Part shown: piece after piece, positions 1-9,824 of the stretch | Layout of the letters: the number at the start of each line of letters is the position of its first letter | Numbering within the stretch: position 1 is the first letter of the stretch | DNA from: Candidatus Zhuqueibacterota bacterium | Lineage (GTDB): Bacteria; Zhuqueibacterota; Zhuqueibacteria; Thermofontimicrobiales; Thermofontimicrobiaceae | DNA length: 64,000 nt | Assembly: GCA_049322915.1 (NCBI GenBank) | Contig: JBMOPW010000001.1 | Coordinates: 14,093-78,092, forward strand | Direction: 5' to 3' | Position numbers and translations under genes: made by a program | The notes under the pieces: generated by a model | Databases searched by the model: none | What the model saw: only the letters and a program-made list of their open reading frames with translations | Told to the model about the DNA's origin: nothing

Positions 1-945
1 TTGATTGGCATATCAAGTATTGAAGAATTGGGACAGGCCGAAATAGGCGGGAAGGTCGTTCTTTTATATGGCGAGATTGCGAAAGAACAGTTAATGCCGA
101 AAAATTTTGTGTTCTATAATCCTGAAGAACATCAGAGAGTCATTGCCCTGCTTGAAGAAAAAAGGCCTGTCGCTATTATTTCTGCGACTGGAAGAAACTC
201 TGCTCTGGCAGGGGGGGCATATCCGTTTCCGTTAATTGAAGACGGAGATTTTGATATTCCTTCAGTGTATATGACAGAAGAGGAAGGTGAACGACTTTTG
301 TCCCATGCAGGAAAATCGGTCCGGCTGAAATCTCATTCGAAGCGTATCCCGGCCAGAGCTTATAATGTTATTGCTCGAAAAGGAAAAAATGCAACCGGGC
401 GGATTGTCATCACTGCCCATATTGATGCCAAAAAAGGAACACCGGGCGCCATTGACAATGCAACGGGTGTAATAGTTTTACTGCTAATCGCTGAAATGCT
501 CAGAGATTATGACGGAGAAAGAATGCTTGAAATCGTCGCACTGAACGGTGAAGATTATTTTGCTGTGCCCGGTCAGATGGACTATATTCGAAAAAATCAG
601 AATAGATTCAATGAAATCCTTTTGAATATCAACATAGACGGCGCGGGTTACAAAGAGGGTAAATCCACTTTTTCACTTTTTGGCTTGCCTCCGGAAATGG
701 AAGAAAATGTGAAACGCATATTGGCGGAAAATGATGGAATTACAGACGGTATTCCGTGGCCGCAAGGAGACCACAGCATCTTCATTCAGCAGGGCTGCCC
801 TGCCATTGCGGTATCGTCGAAATGGCTAATCGATCATATGGACAGCCAGACTATTACCCATACACCCAAAGATAATCCCGGGATAGTCGATTGTCGCAAA
901 CTGGTCGGGATCGCCGAGGCATTGAATCAGTTACTTTGTAAGTAA
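1..945 (+). CDS. M28-family metallopeptidase with PA domain (probably 5'-truncated by window edge)
   Basis: Zn-ligand motifs AHID, GAIDNATG, NGEDY, NIDG, GDH and THTPKD; PA-like N-terminal part. Confidence 0.85.
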   Translation: MIGISSIEELGQAEIGGKVVLLYGEIAKEQLMPKNFVFYNPEEHQRVIALLEEKRPVAIISATGRNSALAGGAYPFPLIEDGDFDIPSVYMTEEEGERLLSHAGKSVRLKSHSKRIPARAYNVIARKGKNATGRIVITAHIDAKKGTPGAIDNATGVIVLLLIAEMLRDYDGERMLEIVALNGEDYFAVPGQMDYIRKNQNRFNEILLNINIDGAGYKEGKSTFSLFGLPPEMEENVKRILAENDGITDGIPWPQGDHSIFIQQGCPAIAVSSKWLIDHMDSQTITHTPKDNPGIVDCRKLVGIAEALNQLLCK

Positions 946-953
946 GCAAAGAG

Positions 954-1027
954 GCATGACAAATCACTGTACTGGTTTCATACGCTGTTGCGCTCCGTAA
1001 AAACCAGTGAGTTCAAACACGATAGGA
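954..1027 (+). other. Degenerate integron attC-like site
   Basis: Starts 8 nt after the peptidase stop: GCATGAC ... ACTGGTTTCATACG / CGTAAAAACCAGT ... GATAGGA. The AAC and GTT cores each have one mismatch. Confidence 0.5.
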
Positions 1028-1182
1028 TCGGGACAAAGAAGCATTACCCATATCAGAATGAAAATAGCCCTTTGTTTTGTTGCAGAAGCGGAGATGTCCA
1101 ATGAAACTGCGACTCAGTTTGTCCCGCAAACTTAACTGAAAACATCATGCGTAACTCAGAACATTTTAAGGTGGAGATGACC

Positions 1183-3618
1183 ATGCAAGATTTTGAAAAA
1201 TTAGGTGTGTTTTATCTGGGTCGCGAATACGATCTTGAAAAAGGCGCGCCCAAAGAAAATTTGCTCCTGTACGAGACCAAAGATCTGGTGACTCACGCGG
1301 TGTGCATTGGCATGACCGGCAGTGGAAAGACCGGCTTGTGCATCGGTCTGCTGGAAGAAGCGGCCATCGATGGCATTCCGGCTATTGTGATTGATCCAAA
1401 GGGCGATTTGCCGAATTTGCTGCTGGCGTTTCCCGGGTTGACCGGCGCGGAATTCCAGCCCTGGGTGAATGAAGACGATGCCAATAAAAAGGGGATCACC
1501 GTGGCCGAATACGCCGAGCAACAGGCAGCGCTCTGGAAAAAGGGTCTGGCTGAATGGGGTCAGGATGCGACGCGGATTCAACGGTACAAGGATTCGGTGG
1601 ATATTTGTATCTACACGCCGGGCAGCAACGCCGGTTTGCCAGTGTCCATCCTCAAATCGTTCGCCGCGCCGGAGGCGGTCATTGCCGGGGATGGTGATTT
1701 GCTGAGTGAGCAGATCGACACGACGGTCACGAGCCTGCTCAATTTGCTGGGCATCGAGGCTGATCCGCTGCAAAGCCGCGAGCACATTTTGCTTTCGACG
1801 ATTCTCGAAACCACATGGCGCGACGGAAAGGATCTGGACCTGGCCGGCCTGATTCAGGCGATTCAAAAACCGTCCTTCTCGCACATCGGCGTGTTCGATC
1901 TGGAGTCGTTTTACCCATCAAAGGATAGATTCGGTCTGGCCATGAAAATCAACAACCTGCTCGCAGCGCCCGGCTTTGGCACGTGGATGGAAGGCCAGCC
2001 CCTGGATATCGACAATATTTTATACACCGGCGAGGGCAAACCGCGCATCGCCATCTTCTCCATTTCGCATCTCAATGACGCGGAGCGTATGTTCTTTGTG
2101 TCGCTCCTGCTCACCCGGGTCCTGGGCTGGATGCGGGCGCAGTCCGGCACAACCAGTTTGCGCGCGTTGCTGTACATGGATGAAATTTTTGGTTATTTCC
2201 CGCCGGTGGCCAATCCGCCGTCCAAGGCGCCGCTGCTGACTTTGCTGAAACAGGCGCGCGCGTTTGGTTTGGGCGTTGTGCTGGCTACGCAGAATCCGGT
2301 GGACCTGGATTATAAAGGCCTGTCCAATACCGGGACCTGGTTCATTGGCCGGCTCCAGACGGACCGAGACAAACAGCGCGTGCTGGATGGCCTGGAAGGC
2401 GCCGGCGCCGGTTCGTCTTTCGATCGCCAAAAAATGGAGCAGATACTCGCCGGACTTGGCAAGCGCGTATTTTTGATGAACAATGTGAACGAAGACGCGC
2501 CCATCATTTTTACCACGCGCTGGGCGATGTCCTATCTCCGCGGGCCGCTGACGCGCAATCAAATTAAGTTATTGATGGACAAGGAACAGACTGCTTCGTC
2601 AGCCGCGGTTCAAACCAAAGATCAGCCGGCCCGGACGAAAGAGCACCCGGCGGCTGTGAAAACTGATACGCCGGTGCTGCCGCCGGATATTCCGCAATAT
2701 TACATCCCGGCGCAAACGGAGAGTTCGGAGAATGCATCCCTGTTTTATGAGCCAATGCTCATCGGCATGGGATCTATCTACTTCGCCGATGCAAAGACCA
2801 ATAGCCGTTCGGAGAAGAAGCTCGCCCATATCACCGCTTTTTCAGAAACGCCTTCCCGAATCGATTGGGATGAGGGACAGGCTGCCGGACTGTCTGAGGA
2901 TGATCTGCTCACATCGCCGGAGAAGGAAGGCGCTTCATTCGGTGAATTTCCCAAAGAGGTCAGCAACAAGAAGAGCTACCTTGAGTGGAGCAAAAACTAC
3001 AACGAGTGGCTCTATCGCAATCAGCAATTGGAGTTGCTGAAAAGTCCGCAGTTGGCAGTCGTCTCACAGCCGGGCGAATCGGAGCGGGATTTCCGAATTC
3101 GGCTGCAGATGATCGCCAGGGAGAAGCGCGATGAGTTTGCTGAGCGTCTGCGCCAGAAGTACGCATCAAAGATTACCAGCCTGGAAGAGCGCATTCGCCG
3201 CGCGTCGTACGCCGTGGAGCGGGAAAAGGAACAGTCCCAGCAGCAAAAATTGCAGACCGCAATCTCCATCGGCACGACATTGCTGGGAGCGTTCATGGGC
3301 CGAAAGACAGTGAACCGCTCCACGTTAGGAAGGGCCACCACCGCTGCCCGCGGCGCCAGCCGTACCATGAAGGAGGCGAAAGACGTGAACCGCGCGGAAG
3401 AAAATTTGACTGTGCTTCAGGAACAATTGAATGAGCTTCAGGCGCAATTCGATCAGGAGATTCAGCAGGCCAAAGACAGCATCGACCCCATGACCGAAAA
3501 TCTGGAGACGATGATCGTTCGCCCCAAAAAGACCGACATAGCCGTCGCTTTTGTAGCTCTGGCCTGGGCGCCGTACTGGCAGGATGAAAAAGGCGGCATA
3601 AAGCCAGCCTGGCAATAG
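1183..3618 (+). CDS. HerA/FtsK-superfamily P-loop ATPase (DUF853-like) with C-terminal coiled coil
   Basis: Walker A GMTGSGKT, IDPKGD, Walker B LYMDE, ATQNP; GGAG RBS before ATG 1183. Confidence 0.8.
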   Translation: MQDFEKLGVFYLGREYDLEKGAPKENLLLYETKDLVTHAVCIGMTGSGKTGLCIGLLEEAAIDGIPAIVIDPKGDLPNLLLAFPGLTGAEFQPWVNEDDANKKGITVAEYAEQQAALWKKGLAEWGQDATRIQRYKDSVDICIYTPGSNAGLPVSILKSFAAPEAVIAGDGDLLSEQIDTTVTSLLNLLGIEADPLQSREHILLSTILETTWRDGKDLDLAGLIQAIQKPSFSHIGVFDLESFYPSKDRFGLAMKINNLLAAPGFGTWMEGQPLDIDNILYTGEGKPRIAIFSISHLNDAERMFFVSLLLTRVLGWMRAQSGTTSLRALLYMDEIFGYFPPVANPPSKAPLLTLLKQARAFGLGVVLATQNPVDLDYKGLSNTGTWFIGRLQTDRDKQRVLDGLEGAGAGSSFDRQKMEQILAGLGKRVFLMNNVNEDAPIIFTTRWAMSYLRGPLTRNQIKLLMDKEQTASSAAVQTKDQPARTKEHPAAVKTDTPVLPPDIPQYYIPAQTESSENASLFYEPMLIGMGSIYFADAKTNSRSEKKLAHITAFSETPSRIDWDEGQAAGLSEDDLLTSPEKEGASFGEFPKEVSNKKSYLEWSKNYNEWLYRNQQLELLKSPQLAVVSQPGESERDFRIRLQMIAREKRDEFAERLRQKYASKITSLEERIRRASYAVEREKEQSQQQKLQTAISIGTTLLGAFMGRKTVNRSTLGRATTAARGASRTMKEAKDVNRAEENLTVLQEQLNELQAQFDQEIQQAKDSIDPMTENLETMIVRPKKTDIAVAFVALAWAPYWQDEKGGIKPAWQ

Positions 3619-3832
3619 AGAGGTGCAACCTGCCGGGAACCCCAGGCATGATTGCATGCGGCGAGGAATTTTCTTTCAATTTCACTTTCACTTTAAAAAT
3701 AGTGGATTGGTCTTGTCAAAGCCCACTTTTATTGAGGAGTGCAGTCTGGCCGACTGCCAGCGCTGCACTCCTGATGTCATTCAAATCTGATGATGTGGAG
3801 TTACCGGGACATTCGACTGCTCGTCCTCGCGT

Positions 3833-4180
3833 CTATTCCGTGGAATTGATGGGTTCTTTTTCCGGGAAATAACGCGCGTAAAGGATGTCAGTGAATACCA
3901 CTGCTGCCGGCGCGTGTAACTCGATATTTCGTCTGGCCAGCGTTTTTTCGACCTGCGCCAGCGCGTTTTTCCACTCCGAAATCCCCTGCAATTCAGCGAT
4001 GCAGTCTTCGTACTCTTTTTCATTGTTACCAAAAAGACTTTTAATGATTTTTTTCTTCTGCTGATTGGAGATGCATAGCTTTATCGGCGCCAATGGAACC
4101 TTTTTCCTGTCATTGGCGCTGTTCAATCTGATCACCTTGTTGCCGTCGGTGTCATTAAAACGCTTGTGAAGTTCTACCAT
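3833..4180 (-). CDS. Hypothetical protein
   Basis: GAGGG RBS before ATG at 4180; natural-looking helical sequence. Confidence 0.65.
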   Translation of the reverse strand: MVELHKRFNDTDGNKVIRLNSANDRKKVPLAPIKLCISNQQKKKIIKSLFGNNEKEYEDCIAELQGISEWKNALAQVEKTLARRNIELHAPAAVVFTDILYARYFPEKEPINSTE

Positions 4181-4320
4181 TGCTGTACCCTCGTGATGTA
4201 GTGAAAGGTTCAGTGAATTTTTCAAACGCATGCAGCCTCGATACAATTAAAATCACCATCCATTGATTCCCGTGTGTGATGCAAAGGGTGAAACGTCCGG
4301 TTGGACTGCTTATAGCAAAC

Positions 4321-4527
4321 TTAGCCGGACGCTTTGTTCGCGCTGCCTGTTCCAAATTGTCTATTTTTTCTTGAATGATTCGCGGCGGATTTGCCTTTCG
4401 CTGATTCTGTCGCTCCGCCTTTATTTTTTTCAAGATCTGTTTTGGAAAATAGAACAAGAATAAATGCATATAATGTAATGCCCGCAACAGCCGCGACCAG
4501 AACGATTAAAAGAATCGTTGACCACAT
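4321..4527 (-). CDS. Small single-pass membrane protein
   Basis: GAGGAG RBS; hydrophobic N-terminus then basic tail. Confidence 0.6.
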   Translation of the reverse strand: MWSTILLIVLVAAVAGITLYAFILVLFSKTDLEKNKGGATESAKGKSAANHSRKNRQFGTGSANKASG

Positions 4528-5020
4528 TGTTTTCTCCTCTTCATTATAAAGTGAATACAATAGTGAGTGGCATCAGAATGAGACGCTGCCGAGCGATCCG
4601 ATCGCTACGACCAGTTCGCGCCTGCGAATGAACCATGCGGCAGAATCCGGGTATTGGTTCAAGGCCAGATGGTTGCGATCCGAATTCCAATGCGCAGGGC
4701 AAAGCCCTTTCCATGCTTCAACAACCAGAGTTGCGACAGGCAACGTGGCGGAATCAGCGGATTGCATTGGGGTCATGAACGCAATGCACGGATTTTCAGC
4801 CGGCATAATTCAGAAGTTGGGGCTGCTTGCCGCAACGGACATCGCTGAAAAGGCCTTGCCTGCTGCTATTCCTGAAAAGCAACGCAAATTCAGAGCAAAT
4901 CAAAAGGGCCGGCATAGCATTGCTGAAATAGCTATTCGCCGCCGACATCGATTCGTAAACTCGGAATCGTCAGGATATGGAGTCGCTCAGAGGGTTTATC
5001 CATGTGGAAAAATGAGGTAT

Positions 5021-5377
5021 TCAGCCTTTGTCGCCATGTTCGCTGCGGGGAAAATTGAAGCACATCCGGGGGAGATTATATTGCAGTAAATTATTAACGT
5101 TATAATCTTTGCAAAGCACATCATTGCTGGTTTTCGTCGTGATCTTCAGCGTCAGTTTGCTGAACGCCAAAGATTTCGCCAGCTTTGTCTCGAGATTCTT
5201 GGTGAACTGGGGGACGGAGAGAAAGTCAGAGGCTTCAGTCCAGATAAGCGTCGCATCCTCATCCCCTGAATTCAGCAGGCCCCTGTCCCAATTGTTCCAG
5301 CCATCGACCAGGCAGAAACTCGTCGAGAGATAAAGAGCCAGGTTGAGGATCGAAAGAATATGTAGTAATCGCTTCAT
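5021..5377 (-). CDS. Hypothetical protein with signal-peptide-like N-terminus
   Basis: MKRLLHILSILNLALYLS start; divergent from the perR promoter; no recognisable domain. Confidence 0.4.
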   Translation of the reverse strand: MKRLLHILSILNLALYLSTSFCLVDGWNNWDRGLLNSGDEDATLIWTEASDFLSVPQFTKNLETKLAKSLAFSKLTLKITTKTSNDVLCKDYNVNNLLQYNLPRMCFNFPRSEHGDKG

Positions 5378-5514
5378 CAAGAGGGGATACTGTCCTTTCG
5401 TTACAATGACATTTAACATCGCTGCCCGTTATAAGTTTCAGCATTTTTTACAGTCCGGGCAAGTATTTCAGACTATGTGGCTCCGGACAAAATACGCTGC
5501 TCCGGATTTTTTCC

Positions 5515-5590
5515 TTGACTTTTTTAAAAAGAGTTCTATATTAATCTGTAACAATTACAAAATGTAATTATGCTGATTGTAACAACTAAG
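5515..5590 (+). promoter_or_regulatory. Sigma70-type promoter plus PerR/Fur-type operator
   Basis: TTGACT(5515)-16 nt-TATATT(5537); palindrome TGTAA-CAA-TTACA at 5547-5559; further TGTAA half-sites at 5563 and 5578. Confidence 0.7.
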
Positions 5591-5859
5591 TCTGATGCAA
5601 CTCACTTGACAATTGACAGTTAGCCTGAATTTTGAATGTAGCGTACTGATCCGATTGAACCGGGATTTCTCCCCGTCCATTTCGTCCTGCCCGAAATGAA
5701 AAGAAATTTGAGTGACTGAATTGATGAAGAGAGTAAAGTCAATTCATTTTCCAATTCAGCGATGCTACATGTTCCCTCCCTGCCTGTTATTTTGCTTCCC
5801 TGTTTGTTACCCGATAATTAGTTTGTTTTGTTTCATTACCTGATAGAGGATGATTTGCA

Positions 5860-6315
5860 ATGAACTATGGTCAACTTGCAACGACGACGCACCTGCGAGA
5901 ATTGCTGGTTAAAAAAGGAGTGAAACCGTCTTTTCAGAGAGTATACATTTTGCAGTATATCATGAATTCGATAGCGCACCCTTCAGTGGATGAAGTTTAT
6001 AATGCACTGTACAATGAAATACCGACATTGTCCAAAACGACGGTGTACAACACGTTGAAAATGTTTGCTGAGAAGGGCCTTGTTTCTGCCCTCACGATTT
6101 CTGATACGGAAATGAGATATGATCATGCCGGAACGCGACATGCTCATTTCATGTGTCTTGTTTGCCACAGGATTTATGATATTCCATTGGAATCAAATTT
6201 ATTGACCATCGAGAAGATAGATGATCATGAGATAGTTCAAACTGAAATTTCGTTCAAAGGTATTTGCAAGTCGTGTCTGAATTCAAAATCCGATGAGCGT
6301 TCCATTGAAACCTAA
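5860..6315 (+). CDS. perR: Fur-family peroxide-responsive regulator (PerR type)
   Basis: HPS, TVYNTL helix, RYD-x5-HAH-x2-CxxC-x4-D (Asp as in PerR), C-terminal CxxC. Confidence 0.85.
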   Translation: MNYGQLATTTHLRELLVKKGVKPSFQRVYILQYIMNSIAHPSVDEVYNALYNEIPTLSKTTVYNTLKMFAEKGLVSALTISDTEMRYDHAGTRHAHFMCLVCHRIYDIPLESNLLTIEKIDDHEIVQTEISFKGICKSCLNSKSDERSIET

Positions 6316-6498
6316 CGTTTGTCTTTGACGACCTGTTCGAAGCCGAGGACACAGGGAATACGCGAAGAGCTCCTGACGGATCGATATAGCTGAGCGTCTC
6401 GTGCTGTGCAATTCGCCGCCTGAAAAAGGACCATTCGTTTCATTGGACACTTGAAGGATGCAACATTGATACACCTATTTTCTTTCAGGAGGTTTTGT

Positions 6499-7839
6499 AT
6501 GGAATGGCCTATTTTTCAGATGCCATTTATCGGTAATCGTTTGTTGGTAGCAATTGTCGGTGTGATTCATGTATGCATTTCGCACGGAATGGCCGTGGGG
6601 GGAAGCTATTTTATCGTGTTTCTCCACTACAAGTCTCTCCGTGAAAATGACATGAGACTGAATGAACTGGCCCTCAAGGTGCTACGGGTTTTTTTCATCG
6701 TTACAACATCATTTGGAGCGCTGACCGGAGTGGGCATTTGGCTCACAACAGCCACCGTCTCGCCCGTGACCATCGGCTCCATGCTGCGCATCTTCTTCTG
6801 GGTTTGGTTCATTGAATGGATCGTCTTTGTCTCCGAGGTTGTGTTGATCATGTTCTATTACCTGGGCTGGCAAAAATATGGTCCAAAGAAAGGCTTCAGA
6901 ATCGGGATCATCTACGTCGTCGTCTCGTGGCTGACCATGATGCTGATCACCGGCATTCTCGGCGCCATGCTGACGCCGGGAAAATGGCTGGCCACCCAAT
7001 CCGTCTGGGATGGCTTCTTCAATCCCACCTATCTGCCCCAGTTGATGAGTCGTACTTTTTTAGCGGCAATTTTGTCCGTGAGTTTCGGTCTGCTCATCAT
7101 GCGGTTCATGAAAAGCTACCGGGACATGTGGCCCAAAGTGTGGCGATTCGCCGGCATCAGCCTGATGGTGACCGCTCCCATCTATCTTTACGGCGTGCTC
7201 AGCTACTATCACGTCCTGCCGCAGCACATTGGCAACCTCATTCCCACCGCACTGATGACGCTGAAATTCTCCGCCTACGCCCATATCAGCAAACTGTACT
7301 ATCTGGTGACGATGCTCATCCTGTTCGTTTTTGGCGCGATTCTCCTGATCCGCAAAAAGGATTATGTCGTCATCTCCATCATCCCGATTATCCTGATGAT
7401 CGGCGCGGTAGGCCAGTTTGAACGGGTGCGGGAATTCATCCGCAAGCCGTTCACCATTCACGAGTACCTCTATTCCAACGCCATCCGCGCGGCGGAGCAG
7501 CCGTTTCTCGAAAAAGATGGCATTCTCAAATACGCTGGCTGGGCGGCTCGTTCAGCGAAAGAGACCGACCCAGTTCTGAGAAACGGCGAGATGATTTTCA
7601 AAGTGGAATGCTCCACCTGCCACACCTATACCGGCGTCAACGGCATCACCAAAAAGACCAACATCCTGCAGAGCCAGGAACTCAACGAAAATTTCCTCAA
7701 AACATACAAACGCTCCCATCCCTACATGCCTCCTTTCACCGGAACCGATGAGGAGCGAGTTGCGCTGGCCGCCTATCTGGATAAAATCGTGAAGCAGGCC
7801 CACGGCGTGAAAACACAACTGACGGAGGTGAAAAACTGA
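6499..7839 (+). CDS. CydA-like (cytochrome bd superfamily) membrane protein fused to a C-terminal monoheme cytochrome c
   Basis: Aligns by eye with the CydA in this window (GALTG, IEW..FVSE, MLTPG, REFIRKPF); CSTCH plus distal YMPPF; AGGAGG RBS. Confidence 0.8.
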   Translation: MEWPIFQMPFIGNRLLVAIVGVIHVCISHGMAVGGSYFIVFLHYKSLRENDMRLNELALKVLRVFFIVTTSFGALTGVGIWLTTATVSPVTIGSMLRIFFWVWFIEWIVFVSEVVLIMFYYLGWQKYGPKKGFRIGIIYVVVSWLTMMLITGILGAMLTPGKWLATQSVWDGFFNPTYLPQLMSRTFLAAILSVSFGLLIMRFMKSYRDMWPKVWRFAGISLMVTAPIYLYGVLSYYHVLPQHIGNLIPTALMTLKFSAYAHISKLYYLVTMLILFVFGAILLIRKKDYVVISIIPIILMIGAVGQFERVREFIRKPFTIHEYLYSNAIRAAEQPFLEKDGILKYAGWAARSAKETDPVLRNGEMIFKVECSTCHTYTGVNGITKKTNILQSQELNENFLKTYKRSHPYMPPFTGTDEERVALAAYLDKIVKQAHGVKTQLTEVKN

Positions 7840-7840
7840 C

Positions 7841-9127
7841 ATGGATATTTTACCCATCGATATTCCGCTCGATCTGCCAGCCGCACTATGGTTTTTGAAA
7901 TTTGTATTGATCGCTTTTTTCCTGCTGCACATCCTGTTCATCAATTTTATGATCGGGGGGACAATCTGGACGGTGTTCATGAAAATGCTGGGCCGCGAGG
8001 ATCCATTCTGGCACCGAGTGGCAAAGGATATTGGCAATACAGTCACGGTGAACAAGAGTCTCGCGGTCGTGCTTGGAATTGCGCCGCTGCTGACAGTCAG
8101 TCTGGTGTACACTCAGTTTTTCTATTCGGCCAACAATATCACAGCGCCTTTGTGGTTGTCCATCATCTGGCTGGTGCCGACAGCGTTCATCTCCCTTTAC
8201 ATTTTCAAATACACCTGGGATTCCCGACATTACAGCGAGAAATTCAAGTATTTCTGGGGCCTGCTGGCCGTCGCCATTTTCATGTTCGTGCCGCTGATTT
8301 TTCTTTCGAATATTAATTTGATGCTGTACCCGGATCAGTGGAAAAACGTGTACAATTTCTGGCAGGCCATCTGGGTACCCAATGTGCTGCCGCGCTATCT
8401 TCATTTCATGAATGCCAGTCTGGCCATCACCGGTTTTTTTGCCTATGGCTATTTTCATGTCAAAGGAAGGAACAAGCCGGACGATCTGGCCTATTACAAG
8501 CGGGCCAGTCGGCTGGGCATGAAGTGGGCGCTGTTCGCCACGCTGCTGCAAATGGTGTTCGGCGTTTTGAATTACGCGACTCTGCCCATGATCGCGGATT
8601 CGGCGCTGGTGTTGATTTTGATACTGATCACGGTTGTTATCGCCGGCATCGTGGTGTACCTGTTGTCGCTCAATTTATTCGCTGAAAAAAATATTCGTCC
8701 TGCGGTGATTCTGACGCTGGCGTTGATCGTGGTGGCTCTCATGGCCACGCAGCGTCATTTCATCCGGGAAAATGCATTGACAGAGCCGAAGAAAATGCTG
8801 GCCAATAAAACGGACATCTACCGAACGCGACTGGCGGCATTCCTGAAAAACTATTCGCCCACCGGGGAAATAAAGGTGACCGGACAGTCCATTTTTCAGG
8901 ATGTGTGCATGTCCTGTCACGCAATTGACCGGAAGGTGGTTGGCCCGCCCATGTCGTACGCGATTGATAAATATAAAAATACTCCGGATGCCATGGTCGC
9001 CTTTGTCAATAGTCCGAAAAAAGTGAATCCCGACTACCCGGTCATGCCCAAACCGCCGGTCTCGCCGGCTGAAATCGACATGGTGGTAGATTATTTATTA
9101 AACCTGGAGAAGGGAAAAAATGAATAA
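7841..9127 (+). CDS. Second, divergent CydA-like membrane protein fused to a monoheme cytochrome c
   Basis: LLHILF in TM1, LMLYP, PRYLHF (cf. CydA QRYTHT); CMSCH..VVGP and VMPKP. Confidence 0.75.
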   Translation: MDILPIDIPLDLPAALWFLKFVLIAFFLLHILFINFMIGGTIWTVFMKMLGREDPFWHRVAKDIGNTVTVNKSLAVVLGIAPLLTVSLVYTQFFYSANNITAPLWLSIIWLVPTAFISLYIFKYTWDSRHYSEKFKYFWGLLAVAIFMFVPLIFLSNINLMLYPDQWKNVYNFWQAIWVPNVLPRYLHFMNASLAITGFFAYGYFHVKGRNKPDDLAYYKRASRLGMKWALFATLLQMVFGVLNYATLPMIADSALVLILILITVVIAGIVVYLLSLNLFAEKNIRPAVILTLALIVVALMATQRHFIRENALTEPKKMLANKTDIYRTRLAAFLKNYSPTGEIKVTGQSIFQDVCMSCHAIDRKVVGPPMSYAIDKYKNTPDAMVAFVNSPKKVNPDYPVMPKPPVSPAEIDMVVDYLLNLEKGKNE

Positions 9128-9665
9128 GAAATTGCCCATGATATTGGCTGGTTTAGCGGTGGTGTGGATTGTTGCGGTCGTCGCACTGGTCTATGCCTCC
9201 CACCTGATCATCCACCGTTTCGGGCCGCTGCCTCAGCAGCCGATTCAATTTTCGCACACCACTCATGTCAACAAATTGAACATGGAGTGCCTGTATTGCC
9301 ACGCCGCCGCTGAGAAATCGATTCATGCGACCATTCCGGAAGGCGAGCTCTGTTACTCGTGCCACGAAGACGCCGATATCGACAAGCCCGAAGTGAAAAA
9401 AATGCTGGCCATGTTTGAAGCGCAGAATAAAATCTACTGGGATCGTGTCTACACGGTGAAAGATCACGTGTATTTCAGCCATCGCGTTCATACCATGGTC
9501 GCGAAACTGGAATGCCAGGAATGCCACGGCCCCATCGAGAATATGACAGTGGCGATTCGTTCATCCGGCGGGGCATCGGATCGGGGATTTCTGGAAATGG
9601 GCTGGTGCGTCACCTGCCATAAGAAACGCGGCGCCCCGCGGGAATGCATCACATGCCACAAGTGA
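9120..9665 (+). CDS. actA: Alternative complex III pentaheme cytochrome c
   Basis: N-terminal TM, QPIQFSH, five CxxCH, YFSHRVH, MGWC. Confidence 0.9.
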   Translation: MNKKLPMILAGLAVVWIVAVVALVYASHLIIHRFGPLPQQPIQFSHTTHVNKLNMECLYCHAAAEKSIHATIPEGELCYSCHEDADIDKPEVKKMLAMFEAQNKIYWDRVYTVKDHVYFSHRVHTMVAKLECQECHGPIENMTVAIRSSGGASDRGFLEMGWCVTCHKKRGAPRECITCHK

Positions 9666-9824
9666 AAATGGCCGCCGCCGATGGCGTCTCTCCATCCGTT
9701 TGATTGCGGCATTGGGTGGTGCGCGTTGCACGAAATGTAGTTTGTACCTGGACATAGAAAACTGACGAAGCTCTCATCGAATGATTTCGAATGTGAACTG
9801 AGTCAGAAATGAGGAGAAGTGAAC

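Noticed and set aside
3619..3772. GC-rich stretch and GGAGTGCAG/CTGCACTCC hairpin between convergent genes, considered as an ncRNA
   Set aside because: No tRNA, SRP, 6S or tmRNA hallmark recognised and no U-tract; at most a stem-loop.
4573..5089. ORFs 4628..5089 (+) and 4573..4806 (-), or a riboswitch
   Set aside because: No motifs or RBS, and no riboswitch consensus recognised; an Rfam search would be needed.
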